Source: Oscillospiraceae bacterium (lineage in GTDB: Bacteria; Bacillota; Clostridia; Oscillospirales; Acutalibacteraceae). Taken from it: DNA of 64,000 bases. Positions 44,082-53,366 of the stretch are shown piece after piece. The translations under genes and the position numbers were made by a program. The DNA lies in assembly GCA_031280825.1 (NCBI GenBank), contig JAITGE010000011.1, forward strand, positions 115-64,114. The letters are read 5' to 3'. How positions within the stretch are numbered: the first letter of the stretch is position 1; each line of letters starts with the position of its first letter. A model generated the notes under the pieces. It saw only the letters and a list, made by a program, of their open reading frames with translations, had not been told where the DNA came from and ran no database searches.

Positions 44082-45340
44082 CGATAAACGCAATCATCCG
44101 TTTCAATCAAATTGAAGCGCGCCCCGACCTTCACATCGGCGAGGATGAAAGCGGAATGCACTCCGTTGCGTCCGTCGAAAATTTCCGCAACGCCGTTGCG
44201 AAGGGCTTCCCCGGCGGGCGCATTACCTGGGCATTCACTTGGAAGGCGCTGCAATCGGAACTGCCGCAATACGCGGCGATTCGGCAGCGCGTGCGCGCGT
44301 TTGCGCTGCAATACGGCGACGACGTCACCTATAACCCCGGCGCGTATTTCGCAAACGCCTACAGCACACGGGGAGAAGTGAACCTTGAGCTTGACGGCGG
44401 CATCGCCATGCTGCGCGGCTTTATGGGGGAGGAATACACGCCCAAATCAGTCGTCGCCGGTTTTCTATCCGCCGAAAACCAGCGGCATTTGGCGGAAAAA
44501 TGGGGCGTCCACGTGTGCCAAGGCAACATCTGGAGCCAATACGCGATTGATAACCAGGACGGAGACGGCTCTGTATGCTATCCCTATTATCCTTCAAAGG
44601 AGCATTTTTGCAAGCCGGCGCAGGGCGCGGCGGATTTCATTGACTGCGTAAACCTAGACGGCTGGACGGTAGATTTTTTAGCCGGACGGCACAAAGGTCA
44701 CGGGGAGTACAGCTCGCGCACAGGTGCCGGTCCGATCGAAACGCTTTTGTTTCGCGGGGCATTGGATGGAATGCGGATTTTACAAAGCACAACGCACCTG
44801 CATTTTGAAGAAAACCGCATACACAACGATTTCGGCTGGGTTACCGCCAGCTGGGAAAATTGCCTGGAATACCATTCCGCGCAGTATGGCTACGGCGCGG
44901 GGGCATTTTTGGGCAAGCTCACGGAATGGCTGCAATGGGTGCGCCGGCAATGGCCTGCTGCGCAAATGCCGACGCTCGGGGAATTCGGTCTGCAATGGCG
45001 CAACGCGCACCCGTGCAATGATTTCGCCTATCGTTTTGACGAAGACGGCACACCCGAAAGCGGTTCGGACGCGGATTTGCACATCCGATGGTATATGCGT
45101 CCACAGTTCCGCCTCGCACTGCTTTGGCCAAAGAAAAGCCCGGAGCAAGTGCGTGTGATTGATTTCACTCGCTACGATCTTCCGGCAAAGGAGCCAAAAA
45201 GCCCCGTGCGCAATTGGAGCTTGCTGGGCGACATCAACCAAAAACAAACCCGCCCGCAGGATCAGCCCCTGCGCGTCGCCGATTGCGGCGAAGAAATCAA
45301 AAGGGCACTGCGCGCAGTCGGTTATTTTGAAACCTGCTGA
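44063..45340 (+). CDS. Hypothetical 425-aa protein, probably carbohydrate-related by context
   Basis: Start after AGGAGG, overlapping the GH116 3' end by 19 nt. No signal peptide or TM, and no family I can name with confidence. Confidence 0.6.
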   Translation: MRGNYLTINAIIRFNQIEARPDLHIGEDESGMHSVASVENFRNAVAKGFPGGRITWAFTWKALQSELPQYAAIRQRVRAFALQYGDDVTYNPGAYFANAYSTRGEVNLELDGGIAMLRGFMGEEYTPKSVVAGFLSAENQRHLAEKWGVHVCQGNIWSQYAIDNQDGDGSVCYPYYPSKEHFCKPAQGAADFIDCVNLDGWTVDFLAGRHKGHGEYSSRTGAGPIETLLFRGALDGMRILQSTTHLHFEENRIHNDFGWVTASWENCLEYHSAQYGYGAGAFLGKLTEWLQWVRRQWPAAQMPTLGEFGLQWRNAHPCNDFAYRFDEDGTPESGSDADLHIRWYMRPQFRLALLWPKKSPEQVRVIDFTRYDLPAKEPKSPVRNWSLLGDINQKQTRPQDQPLRVADCGEEIKRALRAVGYFETC

Positions 45341-45408
45341 CGCGGCGCCCAAATCTGCAAATCCTGTAAGGAAGCCACACTATGAACGAAAAAAAACGCA
45401 CCCGCCTG

Positions 45409-45837
45409 CTAATCGCGCTGCTCGTCGGCTCGGCGCTCCTTGCCGTTGCCGGCATCCTGCTCATTAAGCTCGGGCAATAAGCCCTCCTCCGCAAGGATTT
45501 CGAGAAGCTCTTCCTTTTGGTGCAAGCCTACCAGCGTACGAACGACCTCGCCGCGGCGAAAAAGAAGCATCGTCGGCAGGTTCATCACATGGTACTCAAG
45601 GATAAGACGGAATTTTTCCTTCAGGTCGTCCTCGCTCTCACCGTCTTCTTGATCAACATTGAACGCGCAGATTTTTAGGCGATCCGCAAATTCCTCCGCC
45701 AGCTCCTGTAAAATGGGCTTTTGAACACGGCAAGGCATGCAGCGTACCGCCCAAAAATCCACCAGAACCGGCATCTCCGCCGCCAGCACCTCTTCGGCGA
45801 AGGAATGCAGTTGCACCGCGATCGGCATATGTATCAA
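45409..45837 (-). CDS. Thioredoxin-fold protein with a CMPC active site
   Basis: VLVDFWAVRCMPCR. An acidic insert (VDQEDGESEDDLKEKF) precedes the cis-Pro region (NLPT). Extended hydrophilic C-terminus. Confidence 0.75.
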   Translation of the reverse strand: MIHMPIAVQLHSFAEEVLAAEMPVLVDFWAVRCMPCRVQKPILQELAEEFADRLKICAFNVDQEDGESEDDLKEKFRLILEYHVMNLPTMLLFRRGEVVRTLVGLHQKEELLEILAEEGLLPELNEQDAGNGKERRADEQRD

Positions 45838-45886
45838 CTCCTTTTCTTGCTCCTATAGTATACGTTATTGAGAAAGGTTTTGCAAC

Positions 45887-46786
45887 ATGAATCAACAGCA
45901 TTACGACGCGCTGGTTATCGGGCAAGGTCCTGCGGGCTGCTCGGCGGCGCTGTATCTCTGCCGCGCGGGACTGTGCGTCGCCGTGGTCGGCAAGCGTGAC
46001 AGCGCGCTGCACGGCGCGGAAAAAATCGAAAATTATTATGGGCTGGCGCAGCCGCTCAGCGGGCTGGCGCTTTCAGATATCGGGCGCGGGCAATGCCGCA
46101 CCCTTGGAGCGGAACTGCTGGAAGACGAGGTTCTTTCACTTGATTGGCTGGAAGACGGGCACTTTACCGCCGCGCTGGCTTCCGGTACGGTGCTCCAAGC
46201 TCCCGCCGCGCTGCTCGCCACAGGCAAAGCGAAAACCGCGCCCGCCATTGAAGGCTTGCCTGGTTTGGTGGGCAAAGGCGTGAGCTACTGCGCGGTGTGC
46301 GACGGCTTTTTGTATCGCGGGCGCAGTGTAGCGGTTTTGGGCGGCGGCGCCTACGCCAAGCACGAGATGGAAGCTCTTCTGCCCCTGGCAGGTAAGGTCA
46401 CCCTGCTCACCCACGGCGCGGAGCCGGAATTCGCCCTGCCTGAAACTGTTACACTGTTCCGTGAGCCTCTGCTGCGCCTGCAAGGTGAAGACACGCTGCA
46501 GACCGCCGTCTTGAGTGACGGGTCGGAGCTGCCGCTGAACGGTCTGTTTGTCGCCATGGGTTCGGCTTCAGCCGGCGATTTGGCGGTGAAGCTGGGTATC
46601 CGGCTGGAAAAAAACGCGATTCCTGTCAACGCCAAGCAGGAAACCGCGCTCCCCGGGCTTTATGCCGCAGGAGATTGCACAGGCTCCTTTGCGCAGATTG
46701 CCTTCGCGGTCGCGGAAGGCGCGAAGGCTGCGCTTGCAATGACACCCTATATCCGCAAGGCAAAGCATCAACGCCAACCAGCCTAA
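45887..46786 (+). CDS. Thioredoxin-reductase-like flavoprotein lacking the NADPH-binding motifs
   Basis: 299 aa. FAD GxGxxG (GQGPAGCSAA), redox CAVC, GD motif (YAAGDC). GGGAYAKHE and LLTHGAEPEF occupy the positions of GGGxSA and HRRxxxR. Confidence 0.75.
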   Translation: MNQQHYDALVIGQGPAGCSAALYLCRAGLCVAVVGKRDSALHGAEKIENYYGLAQPLSGLALSDIGRGQCRTLGAELLEDEVLSLDWLEDGHFTAALASGTVLQAPAALLATGKAKTAPAIEGLPGLVGKGVSYCAVCDGFLYRGRSVAVLGGGAYAKHEMEALLPLAGKVTLLTHGAEPEFALPETVTLFREPLLRLQGEDTLQTAVLSDGSELPLNGLFVAMGSASAGDLAVKLGIRLEKNAIPVNAKQETALPGLYAAGDCTGSFAQIAFAVAEGAKAALAMTPYIRKAKHQRQPA

Positions 46787-47922
46787 ATCCGCCGATCCAG
46801 TCTTTCCGCATGTTCGGCATGGAAAGCGGTGAAACGCTCCTGCGTAATCGCTTCGCGAATTTCCGCCATCAAATGATTATAAAACCAGAGATTGTGCATG
46901 ACGCACAGACGCAAAGCAAGCAGCTCCCCCGCTTTGCGCAAATGGCGCAGGTAAGCGCGGGAATGCCCTCCTTGGCAAACCGGACAGCCGCATGTCGGAT
47001 CAATCGGCAGCGGATCGCGCTCATATTTCGCGTTGTTAAGGTTCATCACCCCCGCCCGCGTGAAGAGGTGCCCGTGCCGCGCGTTTCGGCTTGGCATCAC
47101 GCAATCAAAAAGATCCATCCCCCGCCGCACGGCTTCAAGAATGTTCCCCGGCGTGCCAACGCCCATCAGATAGCGCGGCTTCCCTTGCGGCATGACCGGT
47201 TCGACGATCGAAATGACGCGATACATGTCTTCCTTCGGTTCCCCCACTGCCAGCCCGCCAATCGCATAGCCGTCCAACTCCAGTGCGGCGATCTGTTCCA
47301 TGTGCCGCAAGCGCAGCGCATCATAGGTGCAGCCCTGGTTAATTCCAAACAGCAGCTGCAGGGGATTCACCGCGCCCGGCACGGCGCTGCAGCGCTTCAG
47401 CTGCTCCTTGCAGCGCAGCAGCCAGCGGTAGGTGCGCGCGCAGGCTGCTTCCGCGTACGCAAACTCCGCCGGATTTTCAACACATTCATCAAACGCCATG
47501 GCAATGGTAGAGCCAAGCGCGGACTGGATCTGTATACTCTCCTCCGGTCCCATGAAAATTTTCTCGCCGCTGATGTGCGAAGCAAAGGTTACACCGTCCT
47601 CCCGTATATTGCGCAGCCGGGCAAGGCTGAACACCTGAAAGCCGCCGCTGTCTGTGAGGATGGGTCCGTCCCAGCCCGTAAAAGAGCGAAGCCCGCCCAA
47701 TTGGTGCAGAACGTCCTCGCCCGGGCGCAGGTGCAGATGATACGTGTTGCAAAGCTGCACCTGGCAGCCCAGCGTGCGCAAATCATATGCCGAAACACCG
47801 CCCTTGATCGCGCCGCAGGTAGCGACGTTCATGAACGCGGGGGTTTGCACCGTGCCATGCGGCGTCACGAACACACCGCGCCGCGCTTTGCCCTCAAACG
47901 CAAGTAACCGAAATGACGACAT
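46783..47922 (-). CDS. tgt: Queuine tRNA-ribosyltransferase
   Basis: 379 aa from the ATG after GGAGGG. ARRGVFVTPHGTVQTPAFM, and zinc site CGCPVC...H. Confidence 0.93.
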   Translation of the reverse strand: MSSFRLLAFEGKARRGVFVTPHGTVQTPAFMNVATCGAIKGGVSAYDLRTLGCQVQLCNTYHLHLRPGEDVLHQLGGLRSFTGWDGPILTDSGGFQVFSLARLRNIREDGVTFASHISGEKIFMGPEESIQIQSALGSTIAMAFDECVENPAEFAYAEAACARTYRWLLRCKEQLKRCSAVPGAVNPLQLLFGINQGCTYDALRLRHMEQIAALELDGYAIGGLAVGEPKEDMYRVISIVEPVMPQGKPRYLMGVGTPGNILEAVRRGMDLFDCVMPSRNARHGHLFTRAGVMNLNNAKYERDPLPIDPTCGCPVCQGGHSRAYLRHLRKAGELLALRLCVMHNLWFYNHLMAEIREAITQERFTAFHAEHAERLDRRI

Positions 47923-48021
47923 TCTGCCCTCCAAAACAATTCTCACCCTAGTATCCTAGCGGCAAACACAAAAAATGTCAAGCAAAAGATTGCGAACAGA
48001 ATGTAAATTCCCAAAAAACCC

Positions 48022-48050
48022 TTGCATTGCAGCGCAAAATCCGCTATAAT
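48022..48050 (+). promoter_or_regulatory. Candidate sigma-A promoter of yajC
   Basis: TTGCAT, 17 nt, TATAAT, about 40 nt upstream of the ATG (RBS AGAGGAG). Confidence 0.65.
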
Positions 48051-48091
48051 AGTTTTGTAGCTTATACCGTAAGGAAAGAGGAGAAACGCCT

Positions 48092-48499
48092 ATGTTTGGT
48101 TCCGGCAGTGGAGGGAGCAACCCCGCCTTGATGATCGTGCTGATGGTCGGTATGATCGCGGTGATGTATTTTGTAACAATCCGCCCGCAAAAAAAACGCC
48201 AAAAAGAAGAACAGACCATGCGCGACAACCTGCAAATCGGCGATGAAATCACCACCATCGGCGGCATCATGGGGCGTGTTGTGACAGTAAAGGAAGACAG
48301 CATCGTCATTGAAACCGGTGCTGACCGCACAAAACTGCGTATGGTGCGCTCCGCTGTCGGCACAAACAATACCCAGCAAGAAAAGCTCGCCGAAGAACGC
48401 GAGGCAGCGAAGAAGGAACAAGAAGCCGCGCGCGACGAAAGACTCGCAGCCGCCGGCAAAAAACGCAAAAAAAGCCGCAAGGACGGCGACGAAGAATAA
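48092..48499 (+). CDS. yajC: Preprotein translocase subunit YajC
   Basis: 135 aa. TM followed by IRPQKKRQKE...GDEITTIGGIMGRV, with a Lys/Glu-rich C-terminal tail. Confidence 0.88.
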   Translation: MFGSGSGGSNPALMIVLMVGMIAVMYFVTIRPQKKRQKEEQTMRDNLQIGDEITTIGGIMGRVVTVKEDSIVIETGADRTKLRMVRSAVGTNNTQQEKLAEEREAAKKEQEAARDERLAAAGKKRKKSRKDGDEE

Positions 48500-48586
48500 G
48501 AATATTCCTGCATATTTTGGACGTACACTTCATAGGAATGGCTTGAAGTGTACGTCCTTATTTTGCGGGGAGGAATCATTTTGGAG

Positions 48587-49039
48587 ATGAACTGGAAGCG
48601 CAAGCCCGGCACAAAAAAAGCAAGAAGGCGCGCGCCCGCCGAAGCGAAAACCGGGCTGCACCCACTGGCGCGGCGAATTTTGCCTGCGGTTATGCTTTCG
48701 GCGCTGGTCTTTGCGCTGCTGCTGCTGCCTCTGGCGGCGCTGATCCTCAAGCTGGATTTGCCGCAGGAGCTATTGCCGCTGCTGGTGATTTCTGTGGCAG
48801 CGCTCACAGCGCTGCTTGCAGGCTACTTCAGTGTTCGCCCCACGCGCAAGCAGGGCCTGCCGGTTGGCTTGCTTGCCGCCGGCGCGCTTTATTTGTGCAT
48901 TTTGCTACTTGCGTGGCTGCCTCTGCGCTGCCCGCTGGGCATGAATGCTGTCGTCCTTTTGTTCTCCATGCTCCTCGCCGGAGGGCTTGGCGGCATTCTG
49001 GCAGCGAATAAACCCGCAAAACAAGGAAAAAAATGGTAG
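48587..49039 (+). CDS. Small polytopic membrane protein (yajC-adjacent; possibly the TIGR04086-type family)
   Basis: 150 aa with a basic N-terminus and four hydrophobic segments. The family name is a recollection only. Confidence 0.55.
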   Translation: MNWKRKPGTKKARRRAPAEAKTGLHPLARRILPAVMLSALVFALLLLPLAALILKLDLPQELLPLLVISVAALTALLAGYFSVRPTRKQGLPVGLLAAGALYLCILLLAWLPLRCPLGMNAVVLLFSMLLAGGLGGILAANKPAKQGKKW

Positions 49040-49080
49040 ATTCAGAGGTTTTCTGCGAAAAAATCTACCATTGTTGTATT
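49034..49080 (+). terminator. Hairpin/terminator after the yajC operon
   Basis: TGGTAGATT (49034..49042) pairs with AATCTACCA (49062..49070): 9-bp perfect stem, 19-nt loop, then TTGTTGTATT. Confidence 0.5.
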
Positions 49081-49107
49081 GAAACATGTTAAACTTTGCC
49101 ACATAAT
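49079..49107 (+). promoter_or_regulatory. Candidate sigma-A promoter
   Basis: TTGAAA, 17 nt, CATAAT. It overlaps the listed TTG start of ORF 49079..49417 and so argues for a later start. Confidence 0.5.
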
Positions 49108-49147
49108 AGACGTAGAGAGCGAAAGAATTCAGAAAGAAGGCGATTGT

Positions 49148-49417
49148 GTGGCATGGTATGAAAAACCGACCGCAAAACCCCTACTGGATTATGGCTGTGA
49201 AACGCAGCTGTTGCGCGACGAAGATGGCACAATTCGCAAGGGATACCGCTTCAATGTCTTTGACGTCGGCGGAAAAGCTCCGCGCCTGCTCTGCTATGTA
49301 AACGACATATGCAGCTCCGCGGCGGACGCGCGGAACCTGGTACAGCTGTTCCGCCACAACAAGGTAGCGCTTTGCCACGTGCACGAAGTGCTGGAGGATT
49401 GGCTGGATCGGCATTAG
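49148..49417 (+). CDS. Hypothetical 89-aa cytoplasmic protein
   Basis: GTG start 7 nt after GAAGG. No family recognised. Confidence 0.45.
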   Translation: MAWYEKPTAKPLLDYGCETQLLRDEDGTIRKGYRFNVFDVGGKAPRLLCYVNDICSSAADARNLVQLFRHNKVALCHVHEVLEDWLDRH

Positions 49418-49425
49418 AGGGCGCT

Positions 49426-50208
49426 TCAGCCGAGCGCGACATCCAGCACCATCATGAGCACAAAGCCGGCAGCAGTGCCGATGATCCCGATGTTGGAGTG
49501 CTTTCCCTCCTGCAATTCGGGGATCAGCTCCTCGACAACAACGTACACCATTGCGCCTGCAGCAAACGCCAACAAATACGGCAGAACCGGCACAAGGATA
49601 GCCGTGAGCAAAATGGTGATCAGGGCGGCGACCGGTTCCACCGCGCCGGAAAGCAGACCAAGCAAGAACGCTTTGGGCTTTGACGCACCGGCGGCTCTGA
49701 GCGGCATGGATACGATTGCGCCTTCAGGAAAATTTTGCAGCGCGATACCGATCGACAGCGCAAGCGCGGCGGGCATTGTCATATCCGCCGTGCCCGCCAG
49801 GACGCCGGCAAACACAACGCCCACTGCCATGCCTTCCGGGATATTGTGCAGCGTCACCGCAAGCAGAAGCATCGTGTTTTTGCCCGCGCGGCTGGGCAAG
49901 CCCTCAGCCTGATCGCTGCTCTTATGTAAGTGCGGAATCAAGCTATCCAACAGCAGCAAAAAGCCGACGCCCAAAAAGAACCCCATGGCGGCAGGAAACC
50001 AGGCAGGGAGCCTGCCGCCCTCCGATTGTTCCATGGCGGGGATGAGCAGCGACCAAACCGAAGCCGCCAGCATCACCCCGGAAGCGAAACCGAGCAGAAG
50101 CTTTTGCAGCCCATCACGCATTTCGTGGCGCAAAACGAAAAGCGCCGCCGCGCCCATCGCCGTCCCGGCAAAAGGAATCATCAGCCCCAAAAACAGCTCC
50201 ATTCGCAA
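49426..50208 (-). CDS. ZIP-family divalent metal transporter (ZupT-like)
   Basis: 260 aa and polytopic. HNIPEGMAVG and QNFPEGA motifs. Confidence 0.88.
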   Translation of the reverse strand: MRMELFLGLMIPFAGTAMGAAALFVLRHEMRDGLQKLLLGFASGVMLAASVWSLLIPAMEQSEGGRLPAWFPAAMGFFLGVGFLLLLDSLIPHLHKSSDQAEGLPSRAGKNTMLLLAVTLHNIPEGMAVGVVFAGVLAGTADMTMPAALALSIGIALQNFPEGAIVSMPLRAAGASKPKAFLLGLLSGAVEPVAALITILLTAILVPVLPYLLAFAAGAMVYVVVEELIPELQEGKHSNIGIIGTAAGFVLMMVLDVALG

Positions 50209-50226
50209 ACGAACCTCCTATGAGCG

Positions 50227-50877
50227 TTACGCGCTTTCGCCCGCGCGCGAACCCGTCAAATAATACAGCACCCATTCCGCTAAATTCTCGGCGTGATCGC
50301 CAATACGCTCCAAATATTTGGCGATCATGAGCAAATCAATGCAATCCTTGGCATATTCACGGCGTTGGCTGAGCAGCTCCACCAGCTCCTCTTTGATTTC
50401 CTCAAAGAGGCGATCCACAACGTCATCATATGCCACAACACCGTGCGCCAACGCAGTATCCTTGCGCACAAAGGCTTCGATCGCATCGGTGACCATCTTG
50501 CTCGCGCCCCGCGCCATCTCAGAAATATGCACGTCGCTCTTAACAGGGCTGCCCTGCATATATTCCGAAATTTCGGCGATATCCCGCGCTTGGTCGCCAA
50601 TGCGCTCCATATCCACCACCATCCTCTGCGCCGCGGTAACATGACGCAAATCGCTTGCCATCGGCTGCTGGTGCAGCAGCAGCCGCACGCAGAGCTGCTC
50701 AATATCGCGCTGCGCGTTGTCGATTTCCCGCTCCGCTTCAACCGCCTTCTGCCGCAGAACGGTATCGCCCTCCAGAAGCGCCTTCACCGCGCAGGCAATG
50801 GCGGCCTCGCAGAGCGCACCCATCTCCAGTAGCTGTTCGTGCAGCTCTACAAGCTGCAGTTCATAAGCCTTGCGCAC
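50227..50877 (-). CDS. phoU: Phosphate signalling regulator PhoU
   Basis: About 216 aa with two PhoU repeats (EREIDNAQRDIE; DDVVDRLFEEI). The start (GTG at 50877, or TTG at 50886) is uncertain. Confidence 0.85.
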   Translation of the reverse strand: MRKAYELQLVELHEQLLEMGALCEAAIACAVKALLEGDTVLRQKAVEAEREIDNAQRDIEQLCVRLLLHQQPMASDLRHVTAAQRMVVDMERIGDQARDIAEISEYMQGSPVKSDVHISEMARGASKMVTDAIEAFVRKDTALAHGVVAYDDVVDRLFEEIKEELVELLSQRREYAKDCIDLLMIAKYLERIGDHAENLAEWVLYYLTGSRAGESA

Positions 50878-50878
50878 T

Positions 50879-51637
50879 TCAACCAAACCTTCCCGTAATA
50901 TAATCTTCTGTTCTTTTATCCTTCGGCATGGCGAAAAGCGCATCCGTCGCGCCGAATTCAATCAATTCACCCAGCAGGAAAAACGCCGTTTTATCCGAAA
51001 TACGCGCCGCCTGCTGCATGTTATGCGTTACGATCACAATCGTATACGCCGCTTTTAGCTCAAAGCACAAATCCTCGATTTTTGAGGTGGAAATGGGATC
51101 CAGCGCGGAGGTTGGCTCGTCCATCAGCAAAACCTCCGGCTGCACCGCCAGTGCTCGCGCGATGCAAAGCCGCTGCTGCTGCCCGCCGGAAAGCCCGAGA
51201 GCGCTTTTTTTCAGCCGATCCTTGCATTCATCCCAAATCGCTGCCTGCCGCAGCGCCTGCTCCACCAAGTCATCCAGCTTTGGTTTCGCGCGTGTGCCAT
51301 GTGTGCGCGGACCGTAGGCTACGTTATCATAAATGCTCATGGGGAAGGGGTTGGGCTTTTGGAACACCATGCCCACGCGGCGGCGCAAGGCGTTGATGTC
51401 CATATCCCTGGCGTAAATGTTTTCGCCGTCCAGCAGCATTTGACCTGTAATTTTGCAGCCCTCCACCAAATCATTCATACGGTTCAGGCTCTTGAGCAGC
51501 GTTGATTTCCCGCAGCCGGAGGGACCGATAAACGCCGTGATTTCATTTGCCTCAATTTCAACATTGACCTTTTTCAGCGCCTGGAACGCGCCGTAAAACA
51601 AATCCACATCCTGCACCGAAAGCTTACTGCGTTTCAT
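50879..51637 (-). CDS. pstB: Phosphate ABC transporter ATP-binding protein
   Basis: Walker [10 protein letters not shown], signature [15 protein letters not shown], Walker [12 protein letters not shown]. Confidence 0.95.
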   Translation of the reverse strand: MKRSKLSVQDVDLFYGAFQALKKVNVEIEANEITAFIGPSGCGKSTLLKSLNRMNDLVEGCKITGQMLLDGENIYARDMDINALRRRVGMVFQKPNPFPMSIYDNVAYGPRTHGTRAKPKLDDLVEQALRQAAIWDECKDRLKKSALGLSGGQQQRLCIARALAVQPEVLLMDEPTSALDPISTSKIEDLCFELKAAYTIVIVTHNMQQAARISDKTAFFLLGELIEFGATDALFAMPKDKRTEDYITGRFG

Positions 51638-52473
51638 GAAGCACACTTACCTCCCTTGCTCATTTTCCCCGCCGCAAGACTCGAAAGACCATTGATGCCC
51701 AGCACCATCACCATCAGCACCACAGCCGTCGCATAAGATTCCTTCACGTGCAAGCCCTCGCCGGCAAGGTGATACATATGCACCGAAAGCGTCGCGGCAG
51801 AATCCAGCGGACTTTTTACCAGCTCCTCCAGCGCCCCGGCCGTATATATCAGCGCCGCTGTTTCACCTGCGACGCGCCCCACCGCTAGGATCACACCCGC
51901 TAAAATGCCCGGCACCGCAGCGGGCAGCACGATGGTGAACACCGTGCGCAGCCGCCCCGCACCTAAGCCAAACGAACCCTCGCGATAGCTATCCGGAACA
52001 GCCAGGAGTGCTTCCTCCGTCGTGCGCATCAGCACGGGCAAAACCATCATCGCCAGCGTAAACGCACCCGCCAGCAAGGAATAGCCCCATTTGAGCGCCG
52101 TCACAAAAAAGATCAGACCGAACAATCCGTAAACAATAGAAGGGATGCCCGCAAGCGTTTCGGAAGCAAGGCGAATGACCTTCACAAGCCTGTTGCCACG
52201 CTTTGCGTATTCCACAAGATAGATCGCGGAAAAAGCCCCCAGCGGCGCCGCGATGAACAGCGACAGCCCCGTCATCATCAAGGTGTTGAGCAGCGCGGGG
52301 AGCATGGAAACGTTGCTTGTGGTGTATTTTAGCGCAAACAGCGAGGGCTTGAGCTGTGGCACGCCGTTGATCAAAACATAGCCCGCAATGACCAGCACCA
52401 GCACAGTTGTGACCAACGCAGCGGCACGAACGAGCCAGCGCAGCAAGAAAGAAAGGACGTCCGGCTTTTTCAT
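51634..52473 (-). CDS. pstA: Phosphate ABC transporter permease PstA
   Basis: 279 aa, 6 TM, EAA-loop region ([17 protein letters not shown]). Confidence 0.9.
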   Translation of the reverse strand: MKKPDVLSFLLRWLVRAAALVTTVLVLVIAGYVLINGVPQLKPSLFALKYTTSNVSMLPALLNTLMMTGLSLFIAAPLGAFSAIYLVEYAKRGNRLVKVIRLASETLAGIPSIVYGLFGLIFFVTALKWGYSLLAGAFTLAMMVLPVLMRTTEEALLAVPDSYREGSFGLGAGRLRTVFTIVLPAAVPGILAGVILAVGRVAGETAALIYTAGALEELVKSPLDSAATLSVHMYHLAGEGLHVKESYATAVVLMVMVLGINGLSSLAAGKMSKGGKCAS

Positions 52474-53366
52474 GCCCTATCTCCTCGTTTCACCCGCGCA
52501 AGCAAGAGATTGATCAGCAAAATGAACACGAACAGTGCAGTTGCCGTAGCAATCAGCGCCTCACGGTGCAGATCCTGCGCGTAGCCCATTTCCAGCACAA
52601 TATTTGCGGTCATGGTGCGCACACCCTCCAAAACGCCGCCCGGCAGGCGCGCCTGATTCCCCGCAACCATCACGACAGCCATGGTTTCGCCGACCGCACG
52701 CCCAACGCCCAGCACAATCGAAGCCAAAATGCCCGATTTTGCCGCCGGTAGCACCACAAAAAACGTACTGCGTTCATGGCTTGCACCCAACGCCAGCGCG
52801 CCCTCGTGGTAGGAACCAGGCACAGCGCGCAGCGCGCTTTCGGACACGCCAATGATCGTGGGCAAAATCATCATCCCCAGCAATATAGACGCCGTCAAGA
52901 TGCTCTTGCCGCGCCCCGGTCCCCCCAACAGCTCCCGCAACAACGGCACCAGCACCACCAGCCCAAAAAAGCCATAAACAATCGACGGCAAGCCCGCCAT
53001 GAGGGAAACCAGCGGGCGCAGCACTCCTGCCGTGCGGCTGCCCGCAAATTTCGCCAAATAAACCGCCGTGAGCAAGCCAACCGGCACGCCAAACAGAATC
53101 GCGCCGCCGGTAACGCAAACGCTCCCCACAAGCATGGGCAAGATGCCAAAAATATTACGGTTCGGATCCCACCGCACGCCGCCCAAAAATTGCAGCGGTC
53201 CGATTTTCGCCAGCGCGGGCAGCGCCGTCGCGAACAGGTATGCACATATCAACGCCACGCACAGGACGCAGACACAGGCTGCCGCAAGGAAAACGAACCT
53301 CGCAACAGCCTCGTTGTTTCTTTGCAATAAGCCCTGCGCGCGGCCTTTTTTCACGGGGGCGGTCAC
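52470..53366 (-). CDS. pstC: Phosphate ABC transporter permease PstC
   Basis: 298 aa, 6 TM, EAA loop (YHEGALALGASHERSTF). Confidence 0.9.
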   Translation of the reverse strand: MTAPVKKGRAQGLLQRNNEAVARFVFLAAACVCVLCVALICAYLFATALPALAKIGPLQFLGGVRWDPNRNIFGILPMLVGSVCVTGGAILFGVPVGLLTAVYLAKFAGSRTAGVLRPLVSLMAGLPSIVYGFFGLVVLVPLLRELLGGPGRGKSILTASILLGMMILPTIIGVSESALRAVPGSYHEGALALGASHERSTFFVVLPAAKSGILASIVLGVGRAVGETMAVVMVAGNQARLPGGVLEGVRTMTANIVLEMGYAQDLHREALIATATALFVFILLINLLLARVKRGDRA

